From positions 1 to 26,093 of the forward strand of contig JBHLKY010000037.1 of NCBI GenBank assembly GCA_048886185.1: 26,093 nucleotides of DNA, written 5' to 3'. The stretch is from Candidatus Hermodarchaeota archaeon. GTDB taxonomy: Archaea; Asgardarchaeota; Heimdallarchaeia; Hodarchaeales; Hodarchaeaceae. Below, one piece after another: positions 16,022-25,010 of this stretch. Every line of letters starts with the position of its first letter. The stretch's first letter is position 1. Both the position numbers and the translations under genes were made by a program. The notes below the pieces were generated by a model that was given only the letters and a program-made list of their open reading frames with translations, did not search any database and was not told where the DNA came from.

Positions 16022-18412
16022 GTGATGTCGATGTTATTAAGGAAAATTAGAAGGGATCTAGGCCAGCGAAAGTTCCGTACAAGCCTAACTGTTATTGGAT
16101 TGGCTATTGCAGTAATTGGTATAACTGGAGTCGCAATAACTAATAGTAGTGTAATTGAATCAACTGAAATAGCTTATGGACTTAATATTTCTTCAGACAT
16201 CCACATTTCTGTACGTGAAACAGAGTGGAATAACTCTTCTATTGGAGAGATAAACGGAGTAGATGACTATGAATATGTATATCGATCTTATTCAACCTTA
16301 TCAGTAAATCAAAAGCAACATAGAGTTTCTCTTTGGGGTATCGATATTTCTCGTGTTTCAAATTATCATTCTTTATATGGACTTATTCTGGACAGTGGTT
16401 CACTGCCTGATTCTTCCAAAAATGAGATCTTAATTGATACTAGTGCAGCTCATGCTTTCACTTTAGGCATTGGTGATACTGTTTTACTCCCAATTCTTTC
16501 TAGTTCTGATTCTCAAGTCAATAATATTAATTTCACAATAAGTGGATTAGCAAGAGCAGTTCGGGATCCAGGATATACATTTTCAAGTACGATTAGTGTA
16601 TGGTTGTCTCTAGACAAGGTTCAAAGTTTATTGAGTAAGCCTGATGTGTTCAATAATATATTCATCAAAGTTACCGACGATAGTAATCCTGATGATGTTA
16701 GTAAGCGTGTAATGAATAATTTAGACGGAAAAAGTGTTTTTGTTGAGAATGTAGAGATTATTGAGATAAGCCAAGACTTTCGAATTGAGATTCTTGGCTT
16801 AATGAATGTACTTTTTTCTTTGGCAATGATCATTGGTATAATACTAGGTGGTATTTTAACAACAAGTACTATTCAGATGGCGATTGCGAACGAAAAGAAA
16901 GATATTTCTCTCTTGAAAATTAATGGAGCGACTAGGCGTCATATCTTTTTTATTTATGTTCTAGAAGCTGTTGTTCTCGGATTCATCGGGGCAATACTTG
17001 GGACGATTTTTTCAATCATTTTTGCATATTATTTGTTATCTGCCATAGCTGACCCATATGGCCTTAGCAAACTAATTTTTATTGTGCCTGAGTCGTCAGT
17101 AATTATTGGTTTTGCCATACCTATAATAATTTCAATTATTTTTTCAATTCCAGTAATAGTTGGAGCAATAAGAGTTTCACCCTTGACTGTTTTTCAAACT
17201 CAAGACACATTAAGTAAAAAAGCGAAAAAATACACAACCTCGTTCGTATTATTAAATTTCAGCTTTAATAACTTTAAACGAAAGAAAATTCGAATTTCGT
17301 TGATTTCAATAATGTTGATAATAGCAGTTGGTTCAGTTGTAGGCTTCAGGGTTGTTGGGGATAGTACGGTAACTGTTCTGGTTGATATTTTAGATGATTT
17401 GACTGGAGATGTAGAAATATCTACTTCTACTCCTGAAAATGAAACTTTGATGAGAATCTTCCTAACTGACTACTTTAATGAATATTATCCAGAAGAAATA
17501 GAATTATGGACCACAATTTGGAAGTTCAAGTATGTAAATATGTTCCCCTCGTCTGACATTGAACCTGAAAGTATGACAATATTAGGGATCCATCCTGAGA
17601 ACCCACTATGGGAATCTTATTCAAAGTCTGGGTCATGGTTATCCCCTGAAACGTCAGAGAATCAAGTCCTATTAACTAACTTGTATGTGAATAAACATCC
17701 CAATCTCAATCTCTCCATTGGTTCTCAAATAAACCTTGGAACTCCACTTTATAATGAGACTTTCACAATTGTAGGATATATTAATGATGTGGATAATGGG
17801 GGAATGAGGCTTTACACCTCAATATCCACACTTAATCGTTTTATGGGATCTGAAAACTTAATTAATTTTGTTACAATAGAACTTAAAGATCATTCTATTG
17901 AAAGTCAGATGGTTGCAGCCCTTAGCTCTAATGAATTTGTATTAGCAAAATCCTGGGGTGTTGTAGGTATGACTTTTTGGAAAGAGAAAAATATTGAGGG
18001 AATTAATTTCATAATGTTATTCTTTGATCTAATGGGCTATTTTACATTGTTAGTTTGTATTATTGGTGGAGTTAATGCTTTTACATTGTCAGTTTTAGAA
18101 CGAGAACGAGAAATAGGAATTTTAAAATTAATTGGTGCAAAACCAAGATGGATCATTATTTCCCTTCTTTCCGAAGCGTTGATCATTGGTACCATCGCTG
18201 GAATCTTTGGTATATTAGTGGCTAGATTTGTCATTGCTAACTCATTCCTCGATTTATTTGGACAAATCTTTATTCCAATTCCTATATCTTTTACTTTAGA
18301 CCATATAATCTTAGCACTTACAACAAGTCTTTTAACAATAATAATTGCTTCATTATATCCTAGCTATCGTGCCTCGAAAACTTCTGTTATTTCAGCTCTT
18401 AGATATGAATGA
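16022..18412 (+). CDS. ABC transporter permease, FtsX/MacB-like, two fused repeats
   Basis: Two halves, each with TM1, a large extracellular domain and 3 TMs. EKKDISLLKINGATRRHI and EREREIGILKLIGAKPRWI are FtsX-domain motifs; ends YPSYRASKTSVISALRYE. Begins 9 nt after the ATPase stop. Confidence 0.92.
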   Translation: MMSMLLRKIRRDLGQRKFRTSLTVIGLAIAVIGITGVAITNSSVIESTEIAYGLNISSDIHISVRETEWNNSSIGEINGVDDYEYVYRSYSTLSVNQKQHRVSLWGIDISRVSNYHSLYGLILDSGSLPDSSKNEILIDTSAAHAFTLGIGDTVLLPILSSSDSQVNNINFTISGLARAVRDPGYTFSSTISVWLSLDKVQSLLSKPDVFNNIFIKVTDDSNPDDVSKRVMNNLDGKSVFVENVEIIEISQDFRIEILGLMNVLFSLAMIIGIILGGILTTSTIQMAIANEKKDISLLKINGATRRHIFFIYVLEAVVLGFIGAILGTIFSIIFAYYLLSAIADPYGLSKLIFIVPESSVIIGFAIPIIISIIFSIPVIVGAIRVSPLTVFQTQDTLSKKAKKYTTSFVLLNFSFNNFKRKKIRISLISIMLIIAVGSVVGFRVVGDSTVTVLVDILDDLTGDVEISTSTPENETLMRIFLTDYFNEYYPEEIELWTTIWKFKYVNMFPSSDIEPESMTILGIHPENPLWESYSKSGSWLSPETSENQVLLTNLYVNKHPNLNLSIGSQINLGTPLYNETFTIVGYINDVDNGGMRLYTSISTLNRFMGSENLINFVTIELKDHSIESQMVAALSSNEFVLAKSWGVVGMTFWKEKNIEGINFIMLFFDLMGYFTLLVCIIGGVNAFTLSVLEREREIGILKLIGAKPRWIIISLLSEALIIGTIAGIFGILVARFVIANSFLDLFGQIFIPIPISFTLDHIILALTTSLLTIIIASLYPSYRASKTSVISALRYE

Positions 18413-18421
18413 GAGGGCTTA

Positions 18422-18455
18422 TTTTTTTTCCCTCTCTATTCTGTTTATTTTTTTT
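18422..18455 (+). terminator. Archaeal-type oligo-T terminator candidate after the ABC operon
   Basis: Two T8 runs (18422-18429, 18448-18455) start 10 nt after the permease stop. Confidence 0.45.
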
Positions 18456-19027
18456 GATAATATAGAATATTAAATTTTAAGTTTGGGTGTATTGGATACA
18501 AGCAAACCATGAAATTTATTTTTATATTTGTATGATAATCTTTTCATTTCTTTTCGAGTGTCAATACAGCCTTTTGTAAAGTATTATTTCACATTTTCAC
18601 CAAAAAGAACAAGATCTACATACTAAGGTATATACTGTGAAATAATGTCATTTTAAAGTAATATAGGTTCTATTCTGTGTTTTATTTTACCACATAATCA
18701 TTGAGTTATTTAAAAGAATCACAAAAGCTTTTCAAAACAACATCTAAGGAAATTCAGAAACTGAAGAATAAAGGCACCATCTTAGATCATTCCATAAACA
18801 TTCAAAAAATAAAAGTTCCAATCCTTCCATTCTAATGTTCTATAACTGAATTGCTACTTCCATCTAAGGTTAATACTAACATTAGGAAAAATTAATAACA
18901 CTAAAATTGTCTTAAAATTCGGTTTTGAATATTCACTTCCACAGTGATAGTTTTAAAAACTTAAAAGCTAGTAATATATTGTTCTTTGATCTTTCACGAA
19001 ATAATTAAGGTTGAGGAGAATTAAAAC

Positions 19028-20866
19028 ATGAAAAAACAAGTGATAATCACAGTATTTATACTCATATTCTTAATAAAAATTACTCAAGTAGTTGCAGATG
19101 ATGGGTATGTCCTGATTGTATATTATGATTTTGAAGGTGAAGCACCTAAACCAGGCGATACGTTGACGATAAATGCAGAGCTTTATAAAGAACGGAATCG
19201 GATTACAGATTCAGTTAAGGTGGAAATTGATCATATTGGCGGTATAGATAATTTAAACACTCCTATTTCAATGGTCGATGATGGAAAGGGGATTTTCAGT
19301 TATGAGCTAACTGTACCATCAGTGGTTGATGATACTTACATCTATCTTTCTTTTTCCGCGTTTGTAGACAGGGAGGAGGTTGATTCGGGGGGTCTCTCAA
19401 TTGAAATATATGTAGATAAGGAAGCTCTCTCTCGCCCAATTAGCTTAATTTCTCATCAAGTGGCTGCTCCAGGTGAAACAGTTGAAGTATTCACCTATAT
19501 CCCCGATATTGAATTTGGAAGGGTAGATTCTTCTGATGTTTCCGTCACAGTTGACTTTGAAATCCCTGGTTCTTCACTAGAAAGCATTGAAGAAAAATCA
19601 ACTTATATTGGAGATGGATTCTTCTCAGCAAGTTATAATATTCCTTTTGATGTTGTGGTTGAGGATGGTTATTATAATACTCCACAATTATCAGTTGACA
19701 TATTCTCTGAATACAGTGGAGAAGAATTTAATGATTGGTTTTTGATTGATATTGGGTACTTTACTTTATTTACGAAAGCTGCTTTTACTAATGATGAATT
19801 AACAATAGATGTCTTGGTTTTAGATCTCGATTACACCCCAATTGAAGGTGTAAAGATAAATACACAGATTGAGCTGGTAAATGAAAGTTATCAATCTGAG
19901 ACAATAACATTGCTACTCCCCAAGACTGATGCTTACGGTAGAAGTACTAAAACCATAAAAATTACCGAAACGGATATCAGAGTTATATATGGTGATGTAA
20001 ATGCCACTAAAGATAATTTGTCCTCATTTAGAAGGTTTTACCTTAGTTTATATGAGGATTATTGGCATGAGTACTTTATGGTCGTACCAACTCTGGAGTA
20101 TTTAATAAATATGCTTGAGAATTATGAGAAGGGAGTTTCCATGGATTTGACTGGCTATCTTGAAGGAAAAAAATTGGTAAATGCAAAAATTGATGTTTAT
20201 GCGAGTTGGAGGGGAGGACTAATTGACATTTTCACCATAAAAACAGATAATGAGGGTAGATTTTCATTTGATATTGATTGGCCCAAGAATTTTGGTTCTC
20301 TCCCCCAAGACCTAATGGAAATCACATTCGTGTATAATAATGGTACTGATTGGTTTGAATACGAATTTCTGATGACTAGACCAACTGATCTTGATTACAA
20401 TAGTGGATCTAAGCCAATTATTAATTACAACGATTATAACAATTACCAAGTTGTAACAGTATCATATCAGCTATCATCCTCAGATAAAATAGGATTAATT
20501 TACGTGATGCCAATTTATACAGAATATTCGTTATTTAATTTACTCACCTCGGGAACAGCGGGACCCTTCATCGATTCGGATGGTATATTAGGCGCATCTT
20601 TTAGTAAACCTACAAATGGGATTATTTCCTTTCAGAATATCATTGATAAAGCCTTCACATTGGAATATCTAATGATTATTATTCAAATTCCTGATTCATC
20701 AGCTAGCATGGGTTTTAGATATGTTTACTGGTTACTTGATCCTGATGGGGAACCCATTAGCGAACAATCCGAGAATATTACAGGATTCGATATGTTCTCT
20801 GGTGGAGTCTTATTTATTTGTATGATCACTTTGGTATTTTTAAAACGTCGTAAAAAGTTGGATTGA
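19028..20866 (+). CDS. Exported/surface protein with signal peptide and PGF-CTERM-like C-terminal anchor
   Basis: SD-like GAGGAG upstream; N-terminus MKKQVIITVFILIFLIKITQVVA-DD; acidic, beta-strand-rich body; C-terminus ENITGFDMFSGGVLFICMITLVFL-KRRKKLD. Confidence 0.82.
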   Translation: MKKQVIITVFILIFLIKITQVVADDGYVLIVYYDFEGEAPKPGDTLTINAELYKERNRITDSVKVEIDHIGGIDNLNTPISMVDDGKGIFSYELTVPSVVDDTYIYLSFSAFVDREEVDSGGLSIEIYVDKEALSRPISLISHQVAAPGETVEVFTYIPDIEFGRVDSSDVSVTVDFEIPGSSLESIEEKSTYIGDGFFSASYNIPFDVVVEDGYYNTPQLSVDIFSEYSGEEFNDWFLIDIGYFTLFTKAAFTNDELTIDVLVLDLDYTPIEGVKINTQIELVNESYQSETITLLLPKTDAYGRSTKTIKITETDIRVIYGDVNATKDNLSSFRRFYLSLYEDYWHEYFMVVPTLEYLINMLENYEKGVSMDLTGYLEGKKLVNAKIDVYASWRGGLIDIFTIKTDNEGRFSFDIDWPKNFGSLPQDLMEITFVYNNGTDWFEYEFLMTRPTDLDYNSGSKPIINYNDYNNYQVVTVSYQLSSSDKIGLIYVMPIYTEYSLFNLLTSGTAGPFIDSDGILGASFSKPTNGIISFQNIIDKAFTLEYLMIIIQIPDSSASMGFRYVYWLLDPDGEPISEQSENITGFDMFSGGVLFICMITLVFLKRRKKLD

Positions 20867-21218
20867 CACCAGCTGAAATAATATTGAAATTAATAGATAC
20901 AAGTGCAATTAGAATCAAAAAGAATTAAGAAAAATCCTGATTTTCAAATATCCTTTTCATCACTACGTTAAATATCTAGGGACAAATCACAAGGTACTTT
21001 TTTTATCGTCTCAGAAGGTTGATTTAGATTAGAAAAGTATATACCATAATATATACCTCAAACTATCCTCGGGTATTTTATTTTAATTAAGATCATGACA
21101 AATCTCATTTCATTTTATCCTAATTATTTAGAGCATCTATAACCTCTATTTCCCTGATACATCACCCAAATAATTAGGAGATTTATTAATCATTATTTCA
21201 TAATCGGAAGATTTTTAA

Positions 21219-21260
21219 GCTCGAAGTTCGAGGGTATTAGTGCGAGGCTCGAAGTTCAAG
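21219..21260 (+). promoter_or_regulatory. Tandem palindromic operator candidate upstream of padR-like gene
   Basis: GCTCGAAGTTC occurs at 21219-21229 and 21247-21257. The first copy extends to the perfect inverted repeat CTCGAA-G-TTCGAG and directly follows the TATA-like TTTTTAA (21212-21218). Confidence 0.6.
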
Positions 21261-21267
21261 ATATGAA

Positions 21268-21696
21268 GTGTGGATCATGTCAAAAACTAACCCAGACGAT
21301 AACAATTTTGTGAAGTGGGTTGAAAAAGAGGCTGGAGGGTCATTAACACGATTATTAATACTTTGTATTATACATGAGGCTAACCAAAATGGTACCGACG
21401 CGTGGGGTTATGATATTCAAAAGAAATTAAGGTTGATAACGAAATCTTCTGATTCAGTTAAAAATAGCTCATTATATACCATATTGAAACGTTTCAAAAG
21501 AATTGAGCTTGTTAAATCCATAAAAAAGGAAAAGCGTGTGGTTTATACCTTAACAGAAAAAGGGAAGGTTTCAATGGAGGTAGGTTATGAATACTGGAAA
21601 CAACTTGTAAAATCCAGTATTCTTGCTTTTGATAGTCTTGGCTTCGAAGTAATAGACTTTCTTAAAGAGGAGGAATTGATTGTTGAAGACGATTAA
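21268..21696 (+). CDS. PadR family transcriptional regulator
   Basis: LILCII...WGYDIQKKL, SSLYTILKRF...ELVKS, KRVVYTLTEKGK winged-helix pattern followed by one C-terminal helix. The start is probably the ATG at 21277. Confidence 0.9.
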   Translation: MWIMSKTNPDDNNFVKWVEKEAGGSLTRLLILCIIHEANQNGTDAWGYDIQKKLRLITKSSDSVKNSSLYTILKRFKRIELVKSIKKEKRVVYTLTEKGKVSMEVGYEYWKQLVKSSILAFDSLGFEVIDFLKEEELIVEDD

Positions 21697-23290
21697 AGAA
21701 TACTTGAATCAGGTTGAGAAGGTTATCATTACTCTTCATCAGGACAAATCCTTGGTTGAAGAATATGAAAGTCATTTAATGGCACAGTTCGATGATTTTC
21801 TAGCGGAAAATCCTACGAATCGAAAAAAGGAACTTGAATCTCGATTTGTTGCCCAACTAGAGGATCCAGATGTAATTGCTGATTCGTTAATTGAGAAAGA
21901 ATTTGATATTGAAAGAAAGAAGATTTTTCCTTTTCAATTGGGAAGATTCAAGTTTATTTCAACTCTAAATAAATATTACAATGCAAATCCATTAACAACT
22001 GCAATTGTGACCCTTATTTTTCTTATTGGTTCCTCATTTAGTGTTCTTTGGATCAGTTCATTTTTAATATGGCCCTTATTTCCTGAAGAAACTCTATTTC
22101 GTTATCTCGCCGCATATTTTCTAATTTTACTAATTGTTGTGGCTTTTTTCTATTTGGGATTGAAAAAATCGTTCTCAGAGATCGTTATCACCAGTCTTTT
22201 ATTCACGATTTTATTAATTAGTCTCTTAATGTTAATTCGGTGGCCTGATAAGCTCTATATCATTGTTGATCGATATCGTGATGTAAATCACTATTCTTAT
22301 GACTGGACTATGATTGGAGTCCCAGACCTATTAGAATATCTTATCTATCTTCTGAGTATTGTTATAACTCAATTTCTAAATTACACTGCATTCATTATAA
22401 TTATTGCGTCATTTGGCTACCTAATTAAACTTATCATGACCAAAAGCTTGTTCATTAATAGTAAAAAATTCCAATGGTCTTCCTTATACAAAATTGTACT
22501 AATTTCCTTATGTATTACAGTATACTTCCTAATTCCTGACACTAGTTATCGAATACCTCGTTTCTTTATGAACTCCTATGCAAATACCCCTCCACCTGAT
22601 CCACTACGTTCCCCTCTTTTTTATATTATCACTATTGAACCAGGAACATCAACCTATGAACGCATCTTTCCTGGCCCTGAACCGTTTATAACAAAGGTTA
22701 AGGAATTTGGTAATTTTTCATGTGAAGAACATGCTCTATATACTGTTTCTTTTACTCAAAATGATTTTTCAAGAATAAACTCTTCATATACTGCATCCTT
22801 TAGCCCTGTATATCCAGGTGAAGGGAGAACATCTGAATTTCAATTTCCCATCTTAGGTTCGTTATTCCTTCAACCTGAGAGTATTCCCATAAAAAATCCT
22901 GAAGTTCTGAATTCTTCCTTTCCATTTGAAGGATTCGAACCTACTCAAAACATCGATGTTAAGATGATTGAATGGGGTGATCTAAGAGTAGGAAAAACAC
23001 CAGTTATTACTGTCAAGTATTCCTCCAAGATAAACGATTACTTCTACACATTCCACTTTGATGAGCGAACAGGCTGGCTTATGCAAGCGACATTATCTAG
23101 AATTGATGGATCTTGGTATGATGATTATGATGGCTATGAACAATTAGTTCTAAAAAGGATATTTCTTGAGGAGACTTTTAACCAAATTTCTGATTACCGT
23201 TTCCTTGAAATGATATTCTCATTGAGTATCTTGATTATTACTAGTTGTGTGCTCGTTTATTCCTATCATTACTATAAGAAGAAGGGTTAA
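21680..23290 (+). CDS. Membrane protein with N-terminal HAAS/DUF1700-like helical domain, ~5 TMs, a soluble beta-rich domain and a C-terminal TM
   Basis: IKEYLNQVEK...EYESHL...FDD....E...ES.FV..LEDPD.IA.SL is HAAS-like. Overlaps the PadR gene end by 17 nt. Ends MIFSLSILIITSCVLVYSY-HYYKKKG. Confidence 0.75.
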   Translation: MLKTIKEYLNQVEKVIITLHQDKSLVEEYESHLMAQFDDFLAENPTNRKKELESRFVAQLEDPDVIADSLIEKEFDIERKKIFPFQLGRFKFISTLNKYYNANPLTTAIVTLIFLIGSSFSVLWISSFLIWPLFPEETLFRYLAAYFLILLIVVAFFYLGLKKSFSEIVITSLLFTILLISLLMLIRWPDKLYIIVDRYRDVNHYSYDWTMIGVPDLLEYLIYLLSIVITQFLNYTAFIIIIASFGYLIKLIMTKSLFINSKKFQWSSLYKIVLISLCITVYFLIPDTSYRIPRFFMNSYANTPPPDPLRSPLFYIITIEPGTSTYERIFPGPEPFITKVKEFGNFSCEEHALYTVSFTQNDFSRINSSYTASFSPVYPGEGRTSEFQFPILGSLFLQPESIPIKNPEVLNSSFPFEGFEPTQNIDVKMIEWGDLRVGKTPVITVKYSSKINDYFYTFHFDERTGWLMQATLSRIDGSWYDDYDGYEQLVLKRIFLEETFNQISDYRFLEMIFSLSILIITSCVLVYSYHYYKKKG

Positions 23291-23325
23291 GACCAAGATT
23301 TTGTGTTTTTTTCTGTGAAGTCTGT

Positions 23326-23646
23326 ATGTTTGATGAAGCAGAACATCTTGCTGAGCTAGGAATGAGACTTTTCTGGAAGAAGGACTTCATAGGAAGTATT
23401 GAGCTGTTTGAGGAAGCATTTAGCAAGGGAAAAGTACCAATATGGTTTTATCATCTTGCTGTTCGAACACACTCAACATTGGGAAACACCAATGTCGCAA
23501 TAAGACGGCTTAAAGATGCAGCTGATCATGGGTGGGAAAAAATAGATCACACAGAACATTATGTTGAGTTTGAACCTCTTCAGCACCAAGATCAATGGAA
23601 AAAGATTCTTACTCAAATTAAAGAAAATCAGAATTACTACTATTAG
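23326..23646 (+). CDS. Small TPR-like helical protein
   Basis: A..G..LF.KKDF..SIELFEEAF, YHLAVR.HSTLG.TNVAI..LKDAA.HGW...D; resembles TPR end-of-repeat caps. Confidence 0.6.
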   Translation: MFDEAEHLAELGMRLFWKKDFIGSIELFEEAFSKGKVPIWFYHLAVRTHSTLGNTNVAIRRLKDAADHGWEKIDHTEHYVEFEPLQHQDQWKKILTQIKENQNYYY

Positions 23647-23880
23647 TATAAAGAAGAAACTGGTTTTCTATAGGTTTGGTGGTAATCTAGCCTTTTACGA
23701 AGTTAAGAAATGGACGACATAGAAGTATGAATAGGAAAACTACTACAAAATTTCAAAGCAACTTTGGACAATATTGTGAAGTTCTGGTTTCTTACATTTA
23801 ATAAATAATGGATCTTAATTAGTTAAACAACTGTAAACTAGTAATATTAACTCAATAAAATTCATTTAAGAGGAATTTAT

Positions 23881-24270
23881 ATGTCAGAAGATAAGGAACT
23901 AGAAAGGAATTTATCTGTAATCAAAACGAATCAGATAAAAATTATTTTTGGACTATTAAGTTATTTTATTATAGTTATACTATTTTTCGTTGTTCTATTA
24001 TTGATATTTCCTGACTTTTGGTTAGTCTGGTTTGTGATTTTGATTGTAGTTGTATTATTTACAATTATTCTTCTTGCTAACTGGCATAAACAGAATTTTG
24101 CCTATAAATGTGAAATTTGTGGACACGAATTTAGAATATCTTTTTTATCGGATCTTCTTAGTCCCCATGGACTAAATTTAAGAGGTGGTTGGAAGTTTTT
24201 AAAATGTCCAAAATGTTATAAGAGATCTAGGGCTACAGTTATTAGAATTTCGCCAAATACCACTAAATAA
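23881..24270 (+). CDS. Two-TM membrane protein with C-terminal zinc ribbon
   Basis: SD-like GAGGA upstream; two hydrophobic helices followed by YKCEICGHEF...PH...WKFLKCPKC. Confidence 0.8.
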   Translation: MSEDKELERNLSVIKTNQIKIIFGLLSYFIIVILFFVVLLLIFPDFWLVWFVILIVVVLFTIILLANWHKQNFAYKCEICGHEFRISFLSDLLSPHGLNLRGGWKFLKCPKCYKRSRATVIRISPNTTK

Positions 24271-24339
24271 ATGAAGTTAAAATTCGTAAAAAAAATGAGT
24301 ATAGTCCAAATATCCTAGGGAAGATCTTTACGGGTTTTC

Positions 24340-24876
24340 CTACCAAATTGGCGTTATTGAGCGGATTGCACTTGAGACCCTACCCGCAGGACAGCTACTT
24401 CGGATCGCACAATTAGGGCAGATATTCCACAAGAAAATCACGAAATAAATGATATTGAATCCAAGATACAGAATAGTAATTATAGTTCCTAGTTGTATTA
24501 ACCATAATAACGGCAAAAAGATCATCGCCATAAGGGCAAGGAAGGCAACTGTGCCAAAGATTTCAAAAAATCGAGCAGATTTCCTAGCATTTTGGAAAAT
24601 TCCTAATTTTGCGAATCTACTGCTAGGGATGATTCCAAAGATCCCAGGACAAAATTTTCCAATATATGGGCACTCTTGATAGGCACAGCAGTATGCTTGG
24701 AAAATGCAAGTTATAAGATATAGACCTACGTAAATCAGACTTAGGGGAGGGTATATAAACCATAAATAAAGGAAAATTGTTACCATCAAGATTAATAAAG
24801 GAATAGACATAATTAAATAAAGCCTTTTTCGCCTAAACGGGACACAATTCATGTCTACCTGTATTATATTGTTCAT
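24340..24876 (-). CDS. Four-TM membrane protein with Cys clusters, unknown function
   Basis: Four hydrophobic segments; YCCAYQECPYIGKFCPG after TM2 and ICPNCAIRSSCP after TM4; SD-like AGGAG upstream. Confidence 0.78.
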   Translation of the reverse strand: MNNIIQVDMNCVPFRRKRLYLIMSIPLLILMVTIFLYLWFIYPPLSLIYVGLYLITCIFQAYCCAYQECPYIGKFCPGIFGIIPSSRFAKLGIFQNARKSARFFEIFGTVAFLALMAMIFLPLLWLIQLGTIITILYLGFNIIYFVIFLWNICPNCAIRSSCPAGRVSSAIRSITPIW

Positions 24877-24911
24877 TTAGATGTATTCACCAATCTTCTC
24901 CTTTTAAGTTC

Positions 24912-24929
24912 ATTGACTGGCCAGTCAAT
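24912..24929. promoter_or_regulatory. Perfect 18-bp palindrome, candidate TetR operator
   Basis: ATTGACTGGCCAGTCAAT is its own reverse complement. It lies 36 nt upstream of the 24876 start, next to a minus-strand TATA-like TTATTTAA. Confidence 0.75.
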
Positions 24930-25010
24930 TAAATAAGTTTTGTTTGTGGAAGTGGTAAAATTCCGAAAGAACTTTTTAGTTCAGAAATAAATACATTATT
25001 TGTGAGAAAC

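Noticed and set aside
16621-18234. Minus-strand ORFs 16621-16833 and 18037-18234
   Set aside because: They are antisense to the FtsX-like permease and have no independent features.
18413-19027. 615-nt spacer as a pseudogene or ncRNA, including a GTTTG..TGTAT/ATACA..CAAAC hairpin at 18481-18507
   Set aside because: The frames I read are broken by frequent stops with no recognisable motif, and the hairpin is imperfect and AT-rich. No RNA family is recognisable.
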